64,000 nt of DNA from Balamuthia mandrillaris (lineage: Eukaryota). The notes beneath the pieces are model-generated. The model saw only the letters and a list, made by a program, of their open reading frames with translations. It did no database searches and was not told where the DNA came from. Positions 29,840 through 44,030 of the stretch are shown one piece after another (positions within the stretch are counted from its first letter, which is position 1; every line of letters begins with the position of its first letter). Made by a program: the position numbers and the translations under genes. The DNA is taken from assembly GCA_031835245.2 (NCBI GenBank), contig JAVKOQ020000088.1, positions 1-64,000 of the forward strand, written 5' to 3'.

Positions 29840-30481
29840 TTACATTTTTTCAAATGTCATGGTGAGGCCGCAAATGGAACAGCTCTTTGTCCACAAGCCC
29901 TGATCTTCGTCCACCAAAGTCTCTTGAAAGGCATGAGCGTGACTGATAGATAAACCTTTTGACAATTGCTGTGGACTGCCATCAGAAGAAGACAAGAAAG
30001 ATGATGAGGAAGAGGAGGAAGAAGATGAGGTGGGTGAAGAGGAGAGCTGTTGTGACGTCTCTCCGTGGTGTTCACTATTGCTTAGATCAATAGTTGCCGT
30101 TGAAGAAGAAGCAGGTTCATTGGTATTGTAGTTTTCGTTGATGTATTCTTGGACCAGTATTCTCTTTGCTAGCTTACGCCATCGCTCGGCCACCAGCTTT
30201 CTTCTCTTTTCTCGCTCTGCTTGCAGTTTTCGGTACATTTCCTCTTCACAAACCTTTTAAAACATTTTACTAAGGAGAGAAGAAGAGGGAGAAAAAGGGA
30301 GTGTAAAAACGTGAACGAGCAGTACCTCTCTCAAGAGATCAGCAAATTCCTCAAAAACAACTCCTCCCTGGATATCAGGATAAGAACGACCTCCTTGAGT
30401 CTTCCAAGCTACCTGTAAAGACCAAGAAACAATAGCTGAGCAACAACAAATCTGAGAGGAGAGAAGTGGCTGAAAAAAAGT

Positions 30482-30526
<45 letters not shown>

Positions 30527-33387
30527 CAAAAAACCATAGCAGGAGCACAATCGATGTGAAGCTTGTTAGCCACTCGAAACACGTTTGGAAGGTTGATATG
30601 CACAGTTCCAACGGGCACCATTTCGGGATGAAAGAGATAGACATTGCCGTAGGAGTTGCGAGGGACTTTGCCTTCGCTTGCTACTGGTGGAACATATTTT
30701 GTGGTTTGCCATTCTCCAAATAGAGAAAGAGTTCTTTGCTCCTCGTTCATTTCGGTGGTGTTGGTACTCATCGTTACGTCAGCTTCTTGTTCTTGTTGCG
30801 AATTGCTGTTGCGTCTTTTGTTGGGTTTTTGTTTCTTTTGGATGACTTTGTAAGGTTGTTCTCCGACTTTAACCATTTTGCCTTTTTGTAACCACTTTTC
30901 TGGTGTGTGAAGCTATTGAATAACACCCTCAGTACAAAAGCAATAAAAAGGAATAAGCAAGGAGGATGCAATACGAACCATTTTAACGCAAGAACGAGGA
31001 TAAACATGCCATCCTTTGAACTCGCCAATCATATAATCCGGGCCACGAGGATACAACGCTTCGTATTTGAGCAGATGTTTCTCAAGACAATAGAGCGGAT
31101 GATTCTTGAAGCCAGCTAAGGTGGTTGGTAGTGGTTCTATCAGCTCTAATGCTTGTAGCTCCGTTTCGTCAACATCTTCTTGGTCTCGGCACCGACTAGG
31201 GTCCGAAACGAGAGCGAGTGTTTGTCGGAGCCAATCCTCATCGCAACGTTCTGCAATGGCTTCTGACCAACGAGCGACATAACGTCTCGTTACATCACGA
31301 ATACTTTTGGAGGATTCTACGAGGAAGAGGGAGGAAAAAATGGCAATTGTCAGTTGAGAAAGGAAGAAAGAAAGAAAGAAAAGAAGGGATACCAGAAAAA
31401 CTGAGCGCATAAGGGAAAGGAAGCATTCCAGTGTTTTGTTCATAGCGTGTTGGTTCATCAATGTAGTTGTTAAGCACATCTACAGCTGTTAAAATCGTTT
31501 CATCAACGATATAAGACAACTAGAGTTAAGAAGATCAAAAAATACCTCCAAAGATAGAAAATATACCTATCCATCGCTGTTGGCTTTCAGAAAATAGTTC
31601 TGCCCATACATGTTGTTCATATTGAACAGATAGCTCAACCGCCCTTCCTTCTTCTCTGTCCTCTTCCTTATCTCCTTCCAATTCTTTCTTCTTCTTTGTT
31701 GTTGCCTTTTTCTTTCTGTTGGTTGTCGTTGTTGCTTTATGCTTTTTCTGTGTAACCAAATTTGTGATAGAGTCTGATCGGGAGAAGGTTGCCAACAAGT
31801 CTTTCACGGGCTCAGCTTTGCGTTTCTTATTTCCAGGAGGTGTTGTTTCGTCTTTGTTATTTCTTATTGCTGTTGTTGAAGCAGATGAGGACGAAGATGA
31901 GGACGATTTGGTTGGTGTGGTTATGGATTCGTCGTTTTCATCTTCTATTGATTCCTGACGTTTCGCTTTACTTCGAAGGCTGAACGATGAGGAGTTTCTT
32001 CGTTTCAATAGTTTCGCTTTGTTGGTGCTGAAAGGAATTGGAGAAACAACACAAACATAGCGTGTGTGCATCGAGAGAGAGCGACAAAGGCTGACAAAAA
32101 GCTATTTTCAAAGCAAACAAAGAAACATAAGAACAGCATAAGAACTACGAAAAAAGCAGAAACAGACCTGAGTGATTTGTTTCGGAGTTCCTTTTCTACG
32201 TTCCAAGCTTTGCATTAATGAAGTCGGTATGTCCGAAAATGATAACGTGTGCTCGTCTTTCTTCTCTCCCTCTTCTTTTTCTTTTGCTTCTTCTTCCTTT
32301 TCATTGTCCTTTTCGTTCCCCTCTTTCTCTGAAATAAGTTCAAAGTAAGATTGAAAGAACTGAACAAGATTCCTCAACTTCGAAGTAAAGCTTCCTCCTC
32401 CACCCGTTCTTCTTCTTTCAGTCGGTCGACTATCATGCCTTGCGATTCCAAACGAAGAAGCCAGTTTCGGAGGAAGAATGGATAAAACGGAGGCCTGAAG
32501 CAAGGCATCGTCAAGTTGAAGGTTAACGTTGTAGTGATGGAAGAGAAGACAGAGCAAATGGGCCTTGTGTAGGTTCATTGCCAGCTCTTTCTCTTTCTTG
32601 GTGCGACCGGTGTTTTGCTTCTTCTTTTGAGCGCTGTCGTTTGATTTGTTCCTGCGTCTTCCTCTTCTGCCTTCCGTTATTATTGTTCTTTGTATTTGCT
32701 TGTGTGAGAACAAAGAAAGAAGCAAAGAAGGGAGAAGGAGGAAAGAATAAGGAAAAAAGGTACATGATTTGAGAGGAAGCGTCATCCTTATTCGCGCGTT
32801 CCGCTGTTTGTTTGCCCACGAGGGCAGAGCCATCGGGCTTGGCTACAGGATCAACCTCCTCGCTGCCCTCTGCACACAGCGCACCATAAAATGTCAGCGA
32901 GAAAAAAACAAAAAAAAACAAACTGGAAGCTGGAAGAGATCAAACCATTCCAATCGACTTGTTCCCATTCGACATCTTCTTCCTCTTGAGCTTCCTCTTC
33001 TTCCTCTTCCTCTTCCTCTTCCTCTCCCTTTTCGTCTTCAACGTCTTTTTCAAATTGTTCCGTTTCTGCTCCTTCGTCCTCCTCTTCCTTCTTCTCTTCG
33101 TTCTCACGTCCTCGATCACGCTTGCGCGCTCGCTCCGATGGTCCACCACTGCTCCCCTTCTCCTTCTTTTCGTCGCTCTTCAGCTCTCGGAGTTGCTCCT
33201 CAGCTTCTTCATCCGCATCGTTGCTTCCTTTCGTTCCTCCGATTTGTCGTGCTCGTCTCCTTCCGGGAGTCTTCTTCTTCGCGACCACTTCCTCAAGTTC
33301 TTCTCCGCTGTTCCTTGACCTCCTCTTTCTCACCGGCGCCTCCTTCCCTCCGCCGCCGCTTTCCTTCCGCTTCTTCTGTCTCGCCAT
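29840..33387 (-). CDS. XPC: DNA damage recognition protein XPC/Rad4
   Basis: LHKAHLLCLL, HVWAELF..RWI, RDVTRRY, EPLPTTLAGFKNHPLYCLEKHLLKYEALYP, LFGEWQT..Y.PP, KVPRNSYGNV, HAHAF...KSCSICG..FEKM; acidic/basic N-terminus. Confidence 0.93.
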
Positions 33388-33503
33388 CTTCTCTCTCTCT
33401 AGATTTTTTCGTTCAATGTTTTCCTGGAAAATTTTCACACAAACTTTTGCATTAATTTTGCCGACAAATTATTTTTGTGGACAGGATTTCAACCAATGTC
33501 GTC

Positions 33504-34335
33504 ATGAATGTCTACAAAAAAGACAGGCTGATGGAAGAACGAAAGAAAGAGGAGGGCTCCTCGGTGGCGGTGGTGGCTTCCAGCAGCGGCATTCCGGTGA
33601 TAGACCTGTCGGCATGGGAGGCGTACGAAGAAACGCGAGGAGCAGGAGACACGGGTGAGTTGTCCAAGGAGGCTCAGGATGTCGTGCGGCAGGTCGACCA
33701 CGCCGTTCGCCACGTGGGCTTCATGTACCTCTCTCACTTTACCTCTCCTTCTTTGAAGGTTTGATAGGCATTTCACTTTTCTTCTTTCTTCTTTCCTGCC
33801 TTATTCTTGTCGCATTTTCTTTTGACCTTTTGGTCACCAAAAGGAAGTGGAAGAAATGTTCCGTTTGTCAGCCGACTTCTTCTCCCTGCCGTCCAGCGCG
33901 AAACAGCGGCTGGCCTATCCCTCCACCGAGAAGAACGTCGGCTACATCTCCGTGGCGAGAGAGAGGTTGAACCCGGACGAGAATCGCGCCGGCGACCTCA
34001 AAGAGGCCTTCAACACCTCTCACCACTCTGACATGTCTTCTTTCTGGCTTCAACAGCAAAATGCAGAAAGGAAGGCTGGAGAAGAGGACAACAAAGAGAG
34101 AGAAGAGCAAGTGGAAGAGTTGAAGAGGATGACCAAAGAATTCTTTGAGAGGTGCGAGGTGCTGGCGAGAAAAGTGTTGAAGATCTTCGCTTTGGCGTTG
34201 GGCCTGGAGCGAGGAGACTTTTTCGAGGACGTCCTGACGGAGCATAGGCACACGCTGCGCATGCTGCATTATCCACCTCTCACTGAAGAAGAAGCAACCA
34301 AGGCCATTGCTGCTGGACAGAGTATATCTTTTCTT

Positions 34336-34370
<35 letters not shown>

Positions 34371-34951
34371 GCTCTCTCTCTTTCGCTCTCTCTATAGCTC
34401 TCTCTTCCTCCTTTCCTATCTTCTGTTCTTTGTTGCGCTCGTATGCATATCTTAAAACCTTTCTACTCTCACACAGCTAGAGCTGGAGAACATGATGACT
34501 ATGGATGTATTACGTTATTATTTCAAGATGACGTTGGAGGGCTGCAGGTTCGAGATGCAAACGGCAATTGGATGGCCGCTCCTTGCATTCCTAACACGGT
34601 TCTCGTGAATACTGGTTCCTCTTCTTTCTTCCTTCTTCTGTTGCAAAATTGCTTTTTCTTTTTTTCTTCTCCCTTTGACTCACCAAAACAAATGCACAAA
34701 CATAAAAAGGTGGATTAATGCAACACTGGACAAACGGAAAGTTCAAGTCAACGAAACACCGAGTGGTAATACCGGAAGAACCAGAGCAATCCGGACGCGA
34801 CCGTTACTCCATCGCTTTCTTCGTTCATCCAAACGACGACACTGTCATCGTTCCGTTTCCCAGTTGTTTGGATGACAGCAACTCTTCTTCTGCCTCTTCT
34901 GCCATTACAGCTGGCCAATATTTAGCTATGCGCCTCAAAAGAAGTTATTAA
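33504..34951 (+). CDS. 2-oxoglutarate/Fe(II) dioxygenase (IPNS/DIOX_N family)
   Basis: IPVIDLS, VGFMYL, DLKEAF, LRMLHYPP, GEHDDYGCITLLFQDDVGGLQV, KSTKHRV, RYSIAFF; 4 exons. Confidence 0.92.
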
Positions 34952-35101
34952 TGAACTACGTTTGTTCCTATTCCTTAACCTCTTTTTTGTGAAGTATCGA
35001 TTTCTTTTCTTATTTTATCGTCATTCTCTCTTTCTCTCTTTCTCTTTCTCTCTTTCACTCTTTCTCATCTTCTTGACTGTGTTCTTCTATGTTCTCTTAT
35101 T

Positions 35102-35140
<39 letters not shown>

Positions 35141-35170
35141 CGTTTAGTAAGGTAGGTGCTTAAAGAAAAG

Positions 35171-37622
35171 TTATTCGCAAAGATCGCTAAACGACCGACG
35201 ATGACCATTCGTTAGTTTTGTCGATGTTGACGTTGTGGAGGAGTAATGGTTGTTGCCATTGTTGTTTTTCATGAGTTTAGCGGAGAAGAGATTTGTGAAG
35301 CTGCGCTGTTGTTGCTGCTGTCGTTTCATCAACAGTTTCCGTTTTCTTCTTCGTCGGTTCCGTTCTCTGTTTCTTCTTGTTTTGTTGGATACTTTTGTTT
35401 CTGGTGATTCTCCCTGTTTTCATTAGTTTGTTAATTATTTACAAAAAAGAAAAGAGAAAAGAGAAAAAAAAAAAAAACAGAAAAGAGAAAAAAGAGAAAA
35501 GAAAAAAGAAAAAGAAAAACGAAAGCGAAAAACGTACACGTATTTCAATGTCGCTGTTGCTGCCGCTGAGAGACTGTAAGAACAGTCCTGTTTCGCTATC
35601 TTCATCCTCGTCGTAGTTGAAGCGGAGTGCAATGCTGCTTCGTTGATCCTCTCCAAAACCAAGTCTGCGTGCCACCACTCCCAATATGGCTCTATAGCAA
35701 AAATTATACTTTTTTTCAACAGCACAAACAAATAAAAAAAGAAGACCGAATGAGTAAAACAATACTAAAGACCAAGAATGCAAGTAAAATGAAGACCAGA
35801 AAAGATAAACACGAGGGGAGAGGGGGAAAAAATGATCACATACTTGTTCAGGCTGTGTGACCATGGAAGCACGTTGCGAACGAAGATGGTCCACAAGAAG
35901 AGGAATGTTGAAGCTGGGTGGCGTTGGCCCAAGCGCAAAGGCATCGGCATCCGTATGGCCAAACAAAAGATCGAGAATTGTGTGAACTACTACGAACGTT
36001 CCTGTTCGTCCTATCCCAGCACTAGTTTTTATAAGAAATGTACATAAAGTTTAATAAAGAGAAAGAAGTATACATAAAGAACGGAAGACAAGAAAGAAAA
36101 GCATAAGAGAAAAGGGAAACAGAAGAAGAGAGATACAGAAAAAGAAAAGAAACGACAAGAGAAGACAGGAAAAAAGAAGAGAAAAGAATTGACGTAGAAT
36201 AAAAAACGAGGCAAACCTGCAATGTATAACAAGAGGCGAGGAATAAGAAAAGGGAAAAGCATCGCTGTCGTACTTTTCGTTGATGAGTCGGATGATCCGT
36301 TCCAGCTGCAGCGTTGAGTGGGGTACACCATGATCTGGCCAATCCAGATAATGAAAATGATATATTTCTCTCTGTTCTTCTCCCTTTTTTTGGATTTTCA
36401 AAAAAACAAAAAATAACAAAAAACAAGAAGTAAAAAAGAAATGTTAATGCTGCTGCAAATAAGAAAATAACAAAAGGAACAGGAGAAGAAGCGAAAGCAA
36501 ATAGAAAAGGAATGTACATGTTGAACGAGCAGTGTTCGTATGAGAAAGGAATAGTCCATTTTGACAGTATTTACAATTTTAACAGTCATATCCCCAAAAC
36601 GCAATCCCTCCTTATTCTGCTTGCTCGGCCAATACTTGTGGCACTTGATCTGTTCTCACAAGTTCAAAGAACGAATACGTTAACAAAATACTTTGGCGAG
36701 TATGAAAAAAGAAGAAAAGCAAACAAACCTTGCCACCTTCCTCGTTGCGAGATAGCATTACCACAACGTAGACGTTGCTCTCCCATAGCATTCGATAGAA
36801 TGCAGGAATGGTGGTTGGCAGCGGCGCAGAGGCAGCTATGTACGGGATCTTTCTCCTCATTCCAGGTATCAAGTCTGAGGTCTGTTTGCAACAACTCCAT
36901 AAGACACGAAAGAAAACCGCGATGGAAGGCGGAGAATATGAAAGTGAGGAAGAAAGAGAAAAGAGAGGAGAAGAGAGACAAGGAGAGAAGGAGAGCGCGA
37001 TAAAGTAAGGATAGAGAGGAGAGAAGAGAAACGAGAGAACGGGAAGGAAAAGAAATACAATAATGTGGCTGGCGTTGACGTAGTCGGAGCACTTTTTGGT
37101 TTTGGTGGTGAGCTTCACTCTGTTTTTGTCGACTGTGGTCGTTGCAAAAAAAAAAAGCAAAGCAGAACGATGAGAGAAGAGCGACACACTGAAAGAGAAA
37201 GATAGCAAAAAAAACAAAAACAAAACAGAAAAACAGAAAAAACGATGCAAAAGAAGAGAGATGAAGGAGAAAGGAGAAAAAGCTAGTTTACATGGAAGGA
37301 TGTTGCCGTAACGGTTTTTTGCCAAATTCTCGGCGGTAGCGGCCACAAGGCAGCTCTTGCCCCAGTCCGTTGAGGAGGAGACCGCCGATTGTTGTTGTTG
37401 TTGCTGCTGCTCCCTTTCGTTCTCCTCCAACACCATAAACTCTTGCAACGGAGTTCCCTTCTCGACGTGTTTTTTCAGCCCGCAGTAAAAATCCATCCAG
37501 TCGCTCCCCGAGATCTCGCTTCCCCCAAAAGATGCTGTTTTGTTCGTTGCCATTGTTGTGGTTGTGGCCGTCGAGCCCGCATCTTCCTGTGTCGTTGCCC
37601 CTCCGCCACTTCCTTCCATCAT
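35171..37622 (-). CDS. Classical non-receptor protein tyrosine phosphatase
   Basis: KNRYGNILP, DYVNASH, YIAASAPL, WPDHGVP, HC|SAGIGRTGT, QRASMVTQPEQY across exons. Confidence 0.92.
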
Positions 37623-37934
37623 GTCAACCTTGTTTCCTCCTTTCTCTCTCCTTTTTTTTTTTTTTTTCGCTTTTCCTTTGCTTAGTTACCGTTACCTTTA
37701 GATTTCATTTAAAAATTACCTTTTCGGGGTACGTGATGTCAGCAATCGTATAAACTTACCTTTTTTTGCCTTTTGGATTTAAAATGTTAATACCCGAAAT
37801 TTCCCCGAGTGGCCGGTTGTTCGTTCACGCGTTCGACTCTCAAGATATAGACAATTTTTTTTACATACATAAACGGGACACGCACGATCGCGCTTTTGTC
37901 TCTCTCCCCTTCTCCTTTTGTTTGGTGATGGCGT

Positions 37935-40900
37935 TTAGTCGTCACCTGTATTCTCCCATAGAGGACTGGTTTGCACAACGGTGTTGCCCTGGTAGATGGC
38001 GCTCTGTTCTCCAGCCATGCGAAGACTAATGCCAGCAGCGAGGGCATCCTCCACCGGCCGCTTCTTATGGAACTTCCACCAAATAAGGCCTGCCGCGGCA
38101 ACCACTAACGCCAACGATGCTGCCGTTGCTGCGACCACAGCCCCAACTATAATTGGCACATCGTTATCATCGTTTCCTCCCCCACCTTTAAGTTAATATA
38201 TAACACAATAGAGAAAAAAAGCAAAAAAAGAATGTCAACAAATGCAATGAGAACCGAAATGTAGAAAGGCGGATACTCACATAGAACGGTGCAATTAAGT
38301 GGGGTATCGGGAGCATATTCCAAAAGCTTGTCCCATTGCTCCACTCCCCAGCACAACCCTCCGCAGTATCTGCACCGAAACAGCGTCGCATTGTTTTGCC
38401 CATTACACCCGCCACAGTCTCCATCCCACCTGCTGCACTCATCACAGTCATCCACACGACTGAGCTCACAACGTGTGCTGTTGTTGGGATCGTCAGGAAC
38501 GAGGATGCACCGGCCTTCCAAGCAGTGATCCTCCTCAGGGTAGGGGTCGCACTCGGTGCCGTTGGCAAGGGGGTCTCGTTCCGTGCCGCAACTTCCTCGC
38601 ACGCACTTAAAGTCTTCACACAGGAAGAACGGCAGTCTTTCTGCAGCAGCATCGGCACGAAGCAGAGGCTGTTGAGGTTCCAATTGGTTTTGAAATAGGT
38701 ATTGATCGCGACGGCGATAATCAACGAAAGGACGACAACTGGTTCCGTCAGGAAGGTCTTCCACGCGGCATTCTCCATTATCACATGTGAGCTGCAAGCA
38801 CGTGCGTTGGCCGCAGGAGGTGCCAGCCGGAGCTAACACTGCTGTTTCGTTGTTGCACACGCCATTGCCATCGCAAGTAAAGTAAGAGCAGCCGGGATAG
38901 TAAGGGCTGTCCTCATCTTCGAGAGTGAAGCAAACGGTGCTGCTGTCTCTGGGGCTGGAGGCACAGTGGCCATTCTCATCGCAGGCGAATCGCAAACACG
39001 GAGGAGCATCAAAGCCTGCAGGTTCGCAGGCAATGTCTTGGTTGATGGCTGTCGTTTCGCAGATTAGCTCTGAGTGGTCATCAAACCTGCATAGGCCAAA
39101 GTAACAAAAGTCGTGAAAGTCATCTCTGCCGTCGCGACAAGCCTTGTTCTCCAGAGCGTTGTTGTTGACGGTGTTGTCACAAAAGCCAATGTTGCCATTT
39201 GCTCTGCAAACGCTCTTTTTGCAAGGCTCCGGAGCGAGCCCACAGGAATGCTCCAAGGTGCGAGCAGCAATTGGGGTTTGAACGCACTCAGCAGAGGCAT
39301 CGCAAGTGAACTCCATGCAAGTAGCAGGGGTTCCACTTCCAGCACAAAACGTGCCAACCGCCAATGGATTGTAGACGCAGAGCTCTGCCGCGTTGGGATT
39401 GCTAGAACAGGCCACCGAGTGACACGTCCTCGCAGGACAGTCCGAGTGATCACCAGTTATGGAGGGAACACAGTTGCCAGCTCCATCGCAGGTGTAAGCC
39501 AAGCAGCTATGGTCACGCGCGGCAGGACACGAGCTCCCTGCATTTTGAAACTGGCCTGCCTTGCATTGGCCAAAGTTTGCTTCGTCGCATACTGGGTGGA
39601 AGCAAGTAATGGGAGCACAGTCAGTGGTATCTCCGGTCAAGTCAGGCACGCAGCTGCCACCTTCACAGAAGTAAGCAATGCAACTGTGATCGATGGGTCC
39701 AGTGCAGGCAGTACCATCGTCCTTCGGAGACAACGCGCAGCTGCCACCGGTACACTCTCCCTGTAGACAGGCATTGTTGTTCTCTCCTGTAAAGTCACAA
39801 AGCAAACCATTGGGTACGTTAACAGGTTGGCAGGTCCCGCTCTGGCACTGTCCCACGGTGCATTGGTTATCATCGTTATAGGGGCAAGAGGTGGTATCGG
39901 CCAACGGAACTACGTTGCAAGTGCCTCCTCCGCACTGTCCTTTCACACAGGGATTAGACTGATCCGCCAGAGTGCAGGACCTGGAATCGGTGACTTGCAC
40001 AGCGACGCAGGTTCCAGAGGAACAGGTGCCAGTCACGCAAGTATTTCCTCCACCAAGGGAGCAAGCGCCAGCAGCGTTGCCGGTGACTTGGCAACTGCCA
40101 GACACACAAGACTTCACCTTGCAAGCTTCGTTTTGGGAGCAGCTGCCACGTGGGGTGTTGGAGACAGTGCAGCCACCGGCACCATTGCACACTCCTGACT
40201 GACATACGCTGAGATTGTCATTGCAAGAACGGTCTGCCCCGTAAAAGTTTTGAATGCAGTTTCCATTTCCGTCGCACTTGGCGCTGGCAGGGCGGCACCG
40301 CGTGTGGAAGGAAGGGTTGTTGATAACCGGACAGCTGGTGTCAGCTGCTTTGTTGGCGACCTGACATGTTCCCTGTGCTGTGCACCTGCCCTCTTGACAG
40401 GAGGTTAGAGTGGTGCCAGTGGGGGAGCACGTCTGTCCTGTCTTGGGGAGCACTTGACACGTTCCATCGCTGGTGCATCTGCCTTCCTGGCATGAGCTCA
40501 AAGTCACGCCCGAAGGCGTGCATTGGGTATCGGCAAGGGCCAAGGCCACCTCGCAAACTCCGTTCACACAGAGCCTTCTTCGGCAGGGTGCTAGCCCAGT
40601 TGTGGACCCGCAAGTCTGGCCGTTCTTGTCGTTAACAGCGCGCCCTCCTGTGGCACAAACGCAGTTGAAGCACTCGGTGGGTTCGCCACCAAGGTTGCAG
40701 GACGCTCCGTTGTCCTTGTTTTTGTATTCACATTTCCTGGAGGACCCACCAGCACATGTCCATGTGGTGCATCTTGTGTTTATGCGAAAGTTTTGGTCGT
40801 AGTTGGAGATTGCGTTGAGGGAGGTGTCTGTACCGGTGGAGCAAGGACTGTCCTTGCTGCGGGGAGGTTGGTTACAAGCTCCTGTCTGTGCATCACAGCT

Positions 40901-42084
40901 GCCCTGGTCCACGGTGCAGCCTTCGTCCTGTTCAAACTCCAACGTGCAGGTCTGGACGTTGTTGTTGCTGGTGAATTCGCAGACTCCTCTGGTTTCATCG
41001 CACTCTCCAAAGCCACAAACAGAGTCTTGCGCGGCGCAGGCAGCATTGTCTCCACACGAGATACGCAGCGTGGCGAAAAGGTAGTTGACGTTGTCCTTCT
41101 GTTCCTGAGAGATGAAGGACACCTCGTCGGCTAGATCAGTGGAGGTAGGTACCACGCAGGTGTCTGGCACGAACTCTTGGAGCAACAGGGTGAGATCTCC
41201 CACTTCCACCACCGACTGTACGTTGACGGTGATGCGGTCAGAGCAGTAGCCTCCTCCTTTGTTGTCTAGAGGAGTTGTGTAGTAAGGACAGCATGGCAAG
41301 AGCGAGGACCACGGAGCCTGCCAATCGTTCCAGTACTTTGTTTCGGCGACTGGGCAGCTTGTGCATGTGTTTCCACTGTACGAACGGCATTTGTCTATTT
41401 TGTTTGTTTATGGTTTGAGTGAATGAAAGAGTAAGATGTAGAACGGACAAAGCAATCGTAAATAAAACGAAAGTGAATAGTTTGACGCTAGTTAGACTGA
41501 GAAACAAGGAAAACAGGTGGAGTGTCTCATACCTGTATTAGCAGTCTCATCAATGGTCACGGAAATAGGCAGGCTGAAGGTCTCTCCTTGGATTTGAACG
41601 TTGATTGTCAACGTCACACTTGTTGCAATAGAGGCTGCCTCATCGATTCGAAAGTTTTCATGTGTGATAGAGCCCAAAAGAAATGGAGGTTGGCCAGGTC
41701 CTGGCTCGTAGTTAATGTTACGAACACCACGAAAGACTAGCCCGCTCTGCTTTCCTCCTCCTTGGGCGATACCCCAACGCACAGAAGAGAGGGAAGTGGA
41801 GAGGCGAGTGTCTTGCCCGCAGGGTTGAGTTGTGGAGGTCTCGGTCAGCGTTTGGCATTGCAGGAGGTTGCCGCCTTGGCAGTTGGACCACGTTCCAGAA
41901 GAAGATATCGTCAAGGTTTGCACTTGAGCTATTGTCGTTTGAAGTTCTTAAGAAGGTGCCCACGGAGGAAGCAAAAACAAAAGGAGTAATGAAAGAGGAG
42001 ATGAACGATACCAAGGGCTGAAGGCACCAGACCCACGCACAACATGAACACCCGAAGTACTAACAGTGTATCTCGAAGCAACAT
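37935..42084 (-). CDS. Large Cys-rich type-I surface protein with N-terminal THxN (choice-of-anchor-K-like) domain
   Basis: Signal peptide (MLLRDTLLVLRVFMLCVGLVPSAL); VRWG..QSGLVF..FLLGSITHENFRI..IDETAN..C..CSDRI; ~1000 aa of C-x(n)-C repeats; TM IIVGAVVAATAASLALVVAAAGLIWW and short tail. Confidence 0.85.
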
Positions 42085-42639
42085 CTGCGAAACGGGAGCA
42101 GTAAGTTTCAAAATACGCAACCAAGCGATACGCCGGAGTGTCGTACGCTGTCAATACAATAAAGTATGTTTCTTGCAAACGGTAGTTCCTTTCAGAAACG
42201 CCTGGCGTTTCTTGTCTGTCCGTCAACTTTCTCCGTTAACTTCTTTGGTCGGATAAAAACCGGGTTGGGAGTCACGAAAAGGGAAAAAAAATACATTTCG
42301 GAGTGGAAAAAAGGTTATAGCCTCCGCAAGGGAGACGTAAGTATTGAAGGGCCACCCATTTTTCCCCCCATAAGACAAAGACACCGTTGTTCGTCAAAAC
42401 GACGCGTTTCGCCATAAAAAGAGGTGATCGGGGAAGGATGCTAGATCAAAGGGATGGGCTTACGTGGCGTTTGTAGATTGGGTGAATACGTTTGAAAAAA
42501 AAAGGAAAGAAAAAGCGCACCGCCAACCCCAGCATCGCTTTCGTGGTTCAACTTAGTTCTTAGAATTTACTCTTTCGGGAAAGAGAGGCATTGCAAAAGC
42601 AGGAGGAAGAATGAAACTGATATGTTGATCCGGGCAGAG

Positions 42640-42770
<131 letters not shown>

Positions 42771-42878
42771 TTATCGGTCGACAACAAAAGTACGTCAGCT
42801 GGGGCTAGGAAAGAGAGAGCCAAAACCTCAATCAGGCTGTTGAATAGGCTTCCTTGGTTTTTTAAAATAGGAAAAGCT

Positions 42879-43883
42879 CTACCCTGAATCCTTCAGGGAT
42901 CCAGGGGGTGTGGCCTCCCAACCGAATAACTTAAAGTCCGCCACATACATTTCATAAACTTGTCGCCACAACTGCGGCGTGTAATACTCCATCAGTTTCT
43001 GGGTGGCGTTCGTTGGATGGATATATCTCTTGAGGAGTGCTTCCAACCCATAGCGTTGCACCAGGTTTCCCCGCCACTCCGAAAGCACTTTCCCAACTCC
43101 TTCTTGCATGTGGTCAAAGTGAATCACGTGATACACCGGAAGGGTCTTGTAGAGGTCACCTCGGATGTGCTGAGGGAGGAAGTGATTGTCAATGCGGTCG
43201 TACCTGTTACGTCGAACCTTGGGAAGAGTCCTTGCCAGTCTGTCCACCAGTTGTGGAAAAGAGAGGTCCCAATAGGCTGGAACTTCTTCGTTCTTCAGGA
43301 CTACTTTGTCCAAAAAGTAGGAGAGCACAATGGAGTGTGGGTCCCTCACTATAACCACCTTCAGATAGTCGTCACTTTTGAGCATTCTCTCGGCGTCTGC
43401 TGGAGAGAAGTCGCAGAGACGTTTCAGCCCGCTGAGATGTGGATCGTGTGTGTAGTTGTAAAAGTGTTTTCTAATGGGGAGACCTTCTATCTTTTGAAGA
43501 ATTTGTTTAACCACGGTGCTTCCGCTTTTGGGAGTAGCTAGGAAGATGAGCTTCTCTTTGAGCACAATGAACGGGCTTATGTCCCAGTTTTTACAGTTGA
43601 GAGTGGCGTCGCTCTGTGTGAGAGTGAAGGTGTATGTAGCAGAGGAAGGGGTGGTAACAAAAACGGACGGAGAAGCAGTCGGGGCCGACCGATAGTCAAG
43701 AGAGTTTGTGATACTGGAGGAGAAAAACGGAGGCCCTCTGACCGGACTCTTTACAAAGGTGGAACCAATCCCATGTATAACCGTTCCATAATTCAGCGTC
43801 ACGATCCAAAGAGCAGCCGCACACAATGAATACATGACACATCGATGAGAGAAAAGCCGCCGATACATCGGAAACCTTCGCAT
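42879..43883 (-). CDS. Golgi-type carbohydrate sulfotransferase (Sulfotransfer_2 family), intronless
   Basis: N-terminal TM anchor; 5'-PSB TPKSGST; 3'-PB VRDP...S; HFLPQ; Y..DF.LFG C-terminal motif. Confidence 0.88.
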   Translation of the reverse strand: MRRFPMYRRLFSHRCVMYSLCAAALWIVTLNYGTVIHGIGSTFVKSPVRGPPFFSSSITNSLDYRSAPTASPSVFVTTPSSATYTFTLTQSDATLNCKNWDISPFIVLKEKLIFLATPKSGSTVVKQILQKIEGLPIRKHFYNYTHDPHLSGLKRLCDFSPADAERMLKSDDYLKVVIVRDPHSIVLSYFLDKVVLKNEEVPAYWDLSFPQLVDRLARTLPKVRRNRYDRIDNHFLPQHIRGDLYKTLPVYHVIHFDHMQEGVGKVLSEWRGNLVQRYGLEALLKRYIHPTNATQKLMEYYTPQLWRQVYEMYVADFKLFGWEATPPGSLKDSG

Positions 43884-44030
43884 CCGCCACTGCTCCTTTG
43901 TATGTCTGGTTTGTTCTGTTGGAAAGGGCACCGACCAATCAAAAATCAAAAGAGATATTCATGTCGTCCTGGAATCAACCAAACTGTATATTATCCGTGA
44001 CGACGTGATCAGAGAAAAAGGAGAAGAAAG

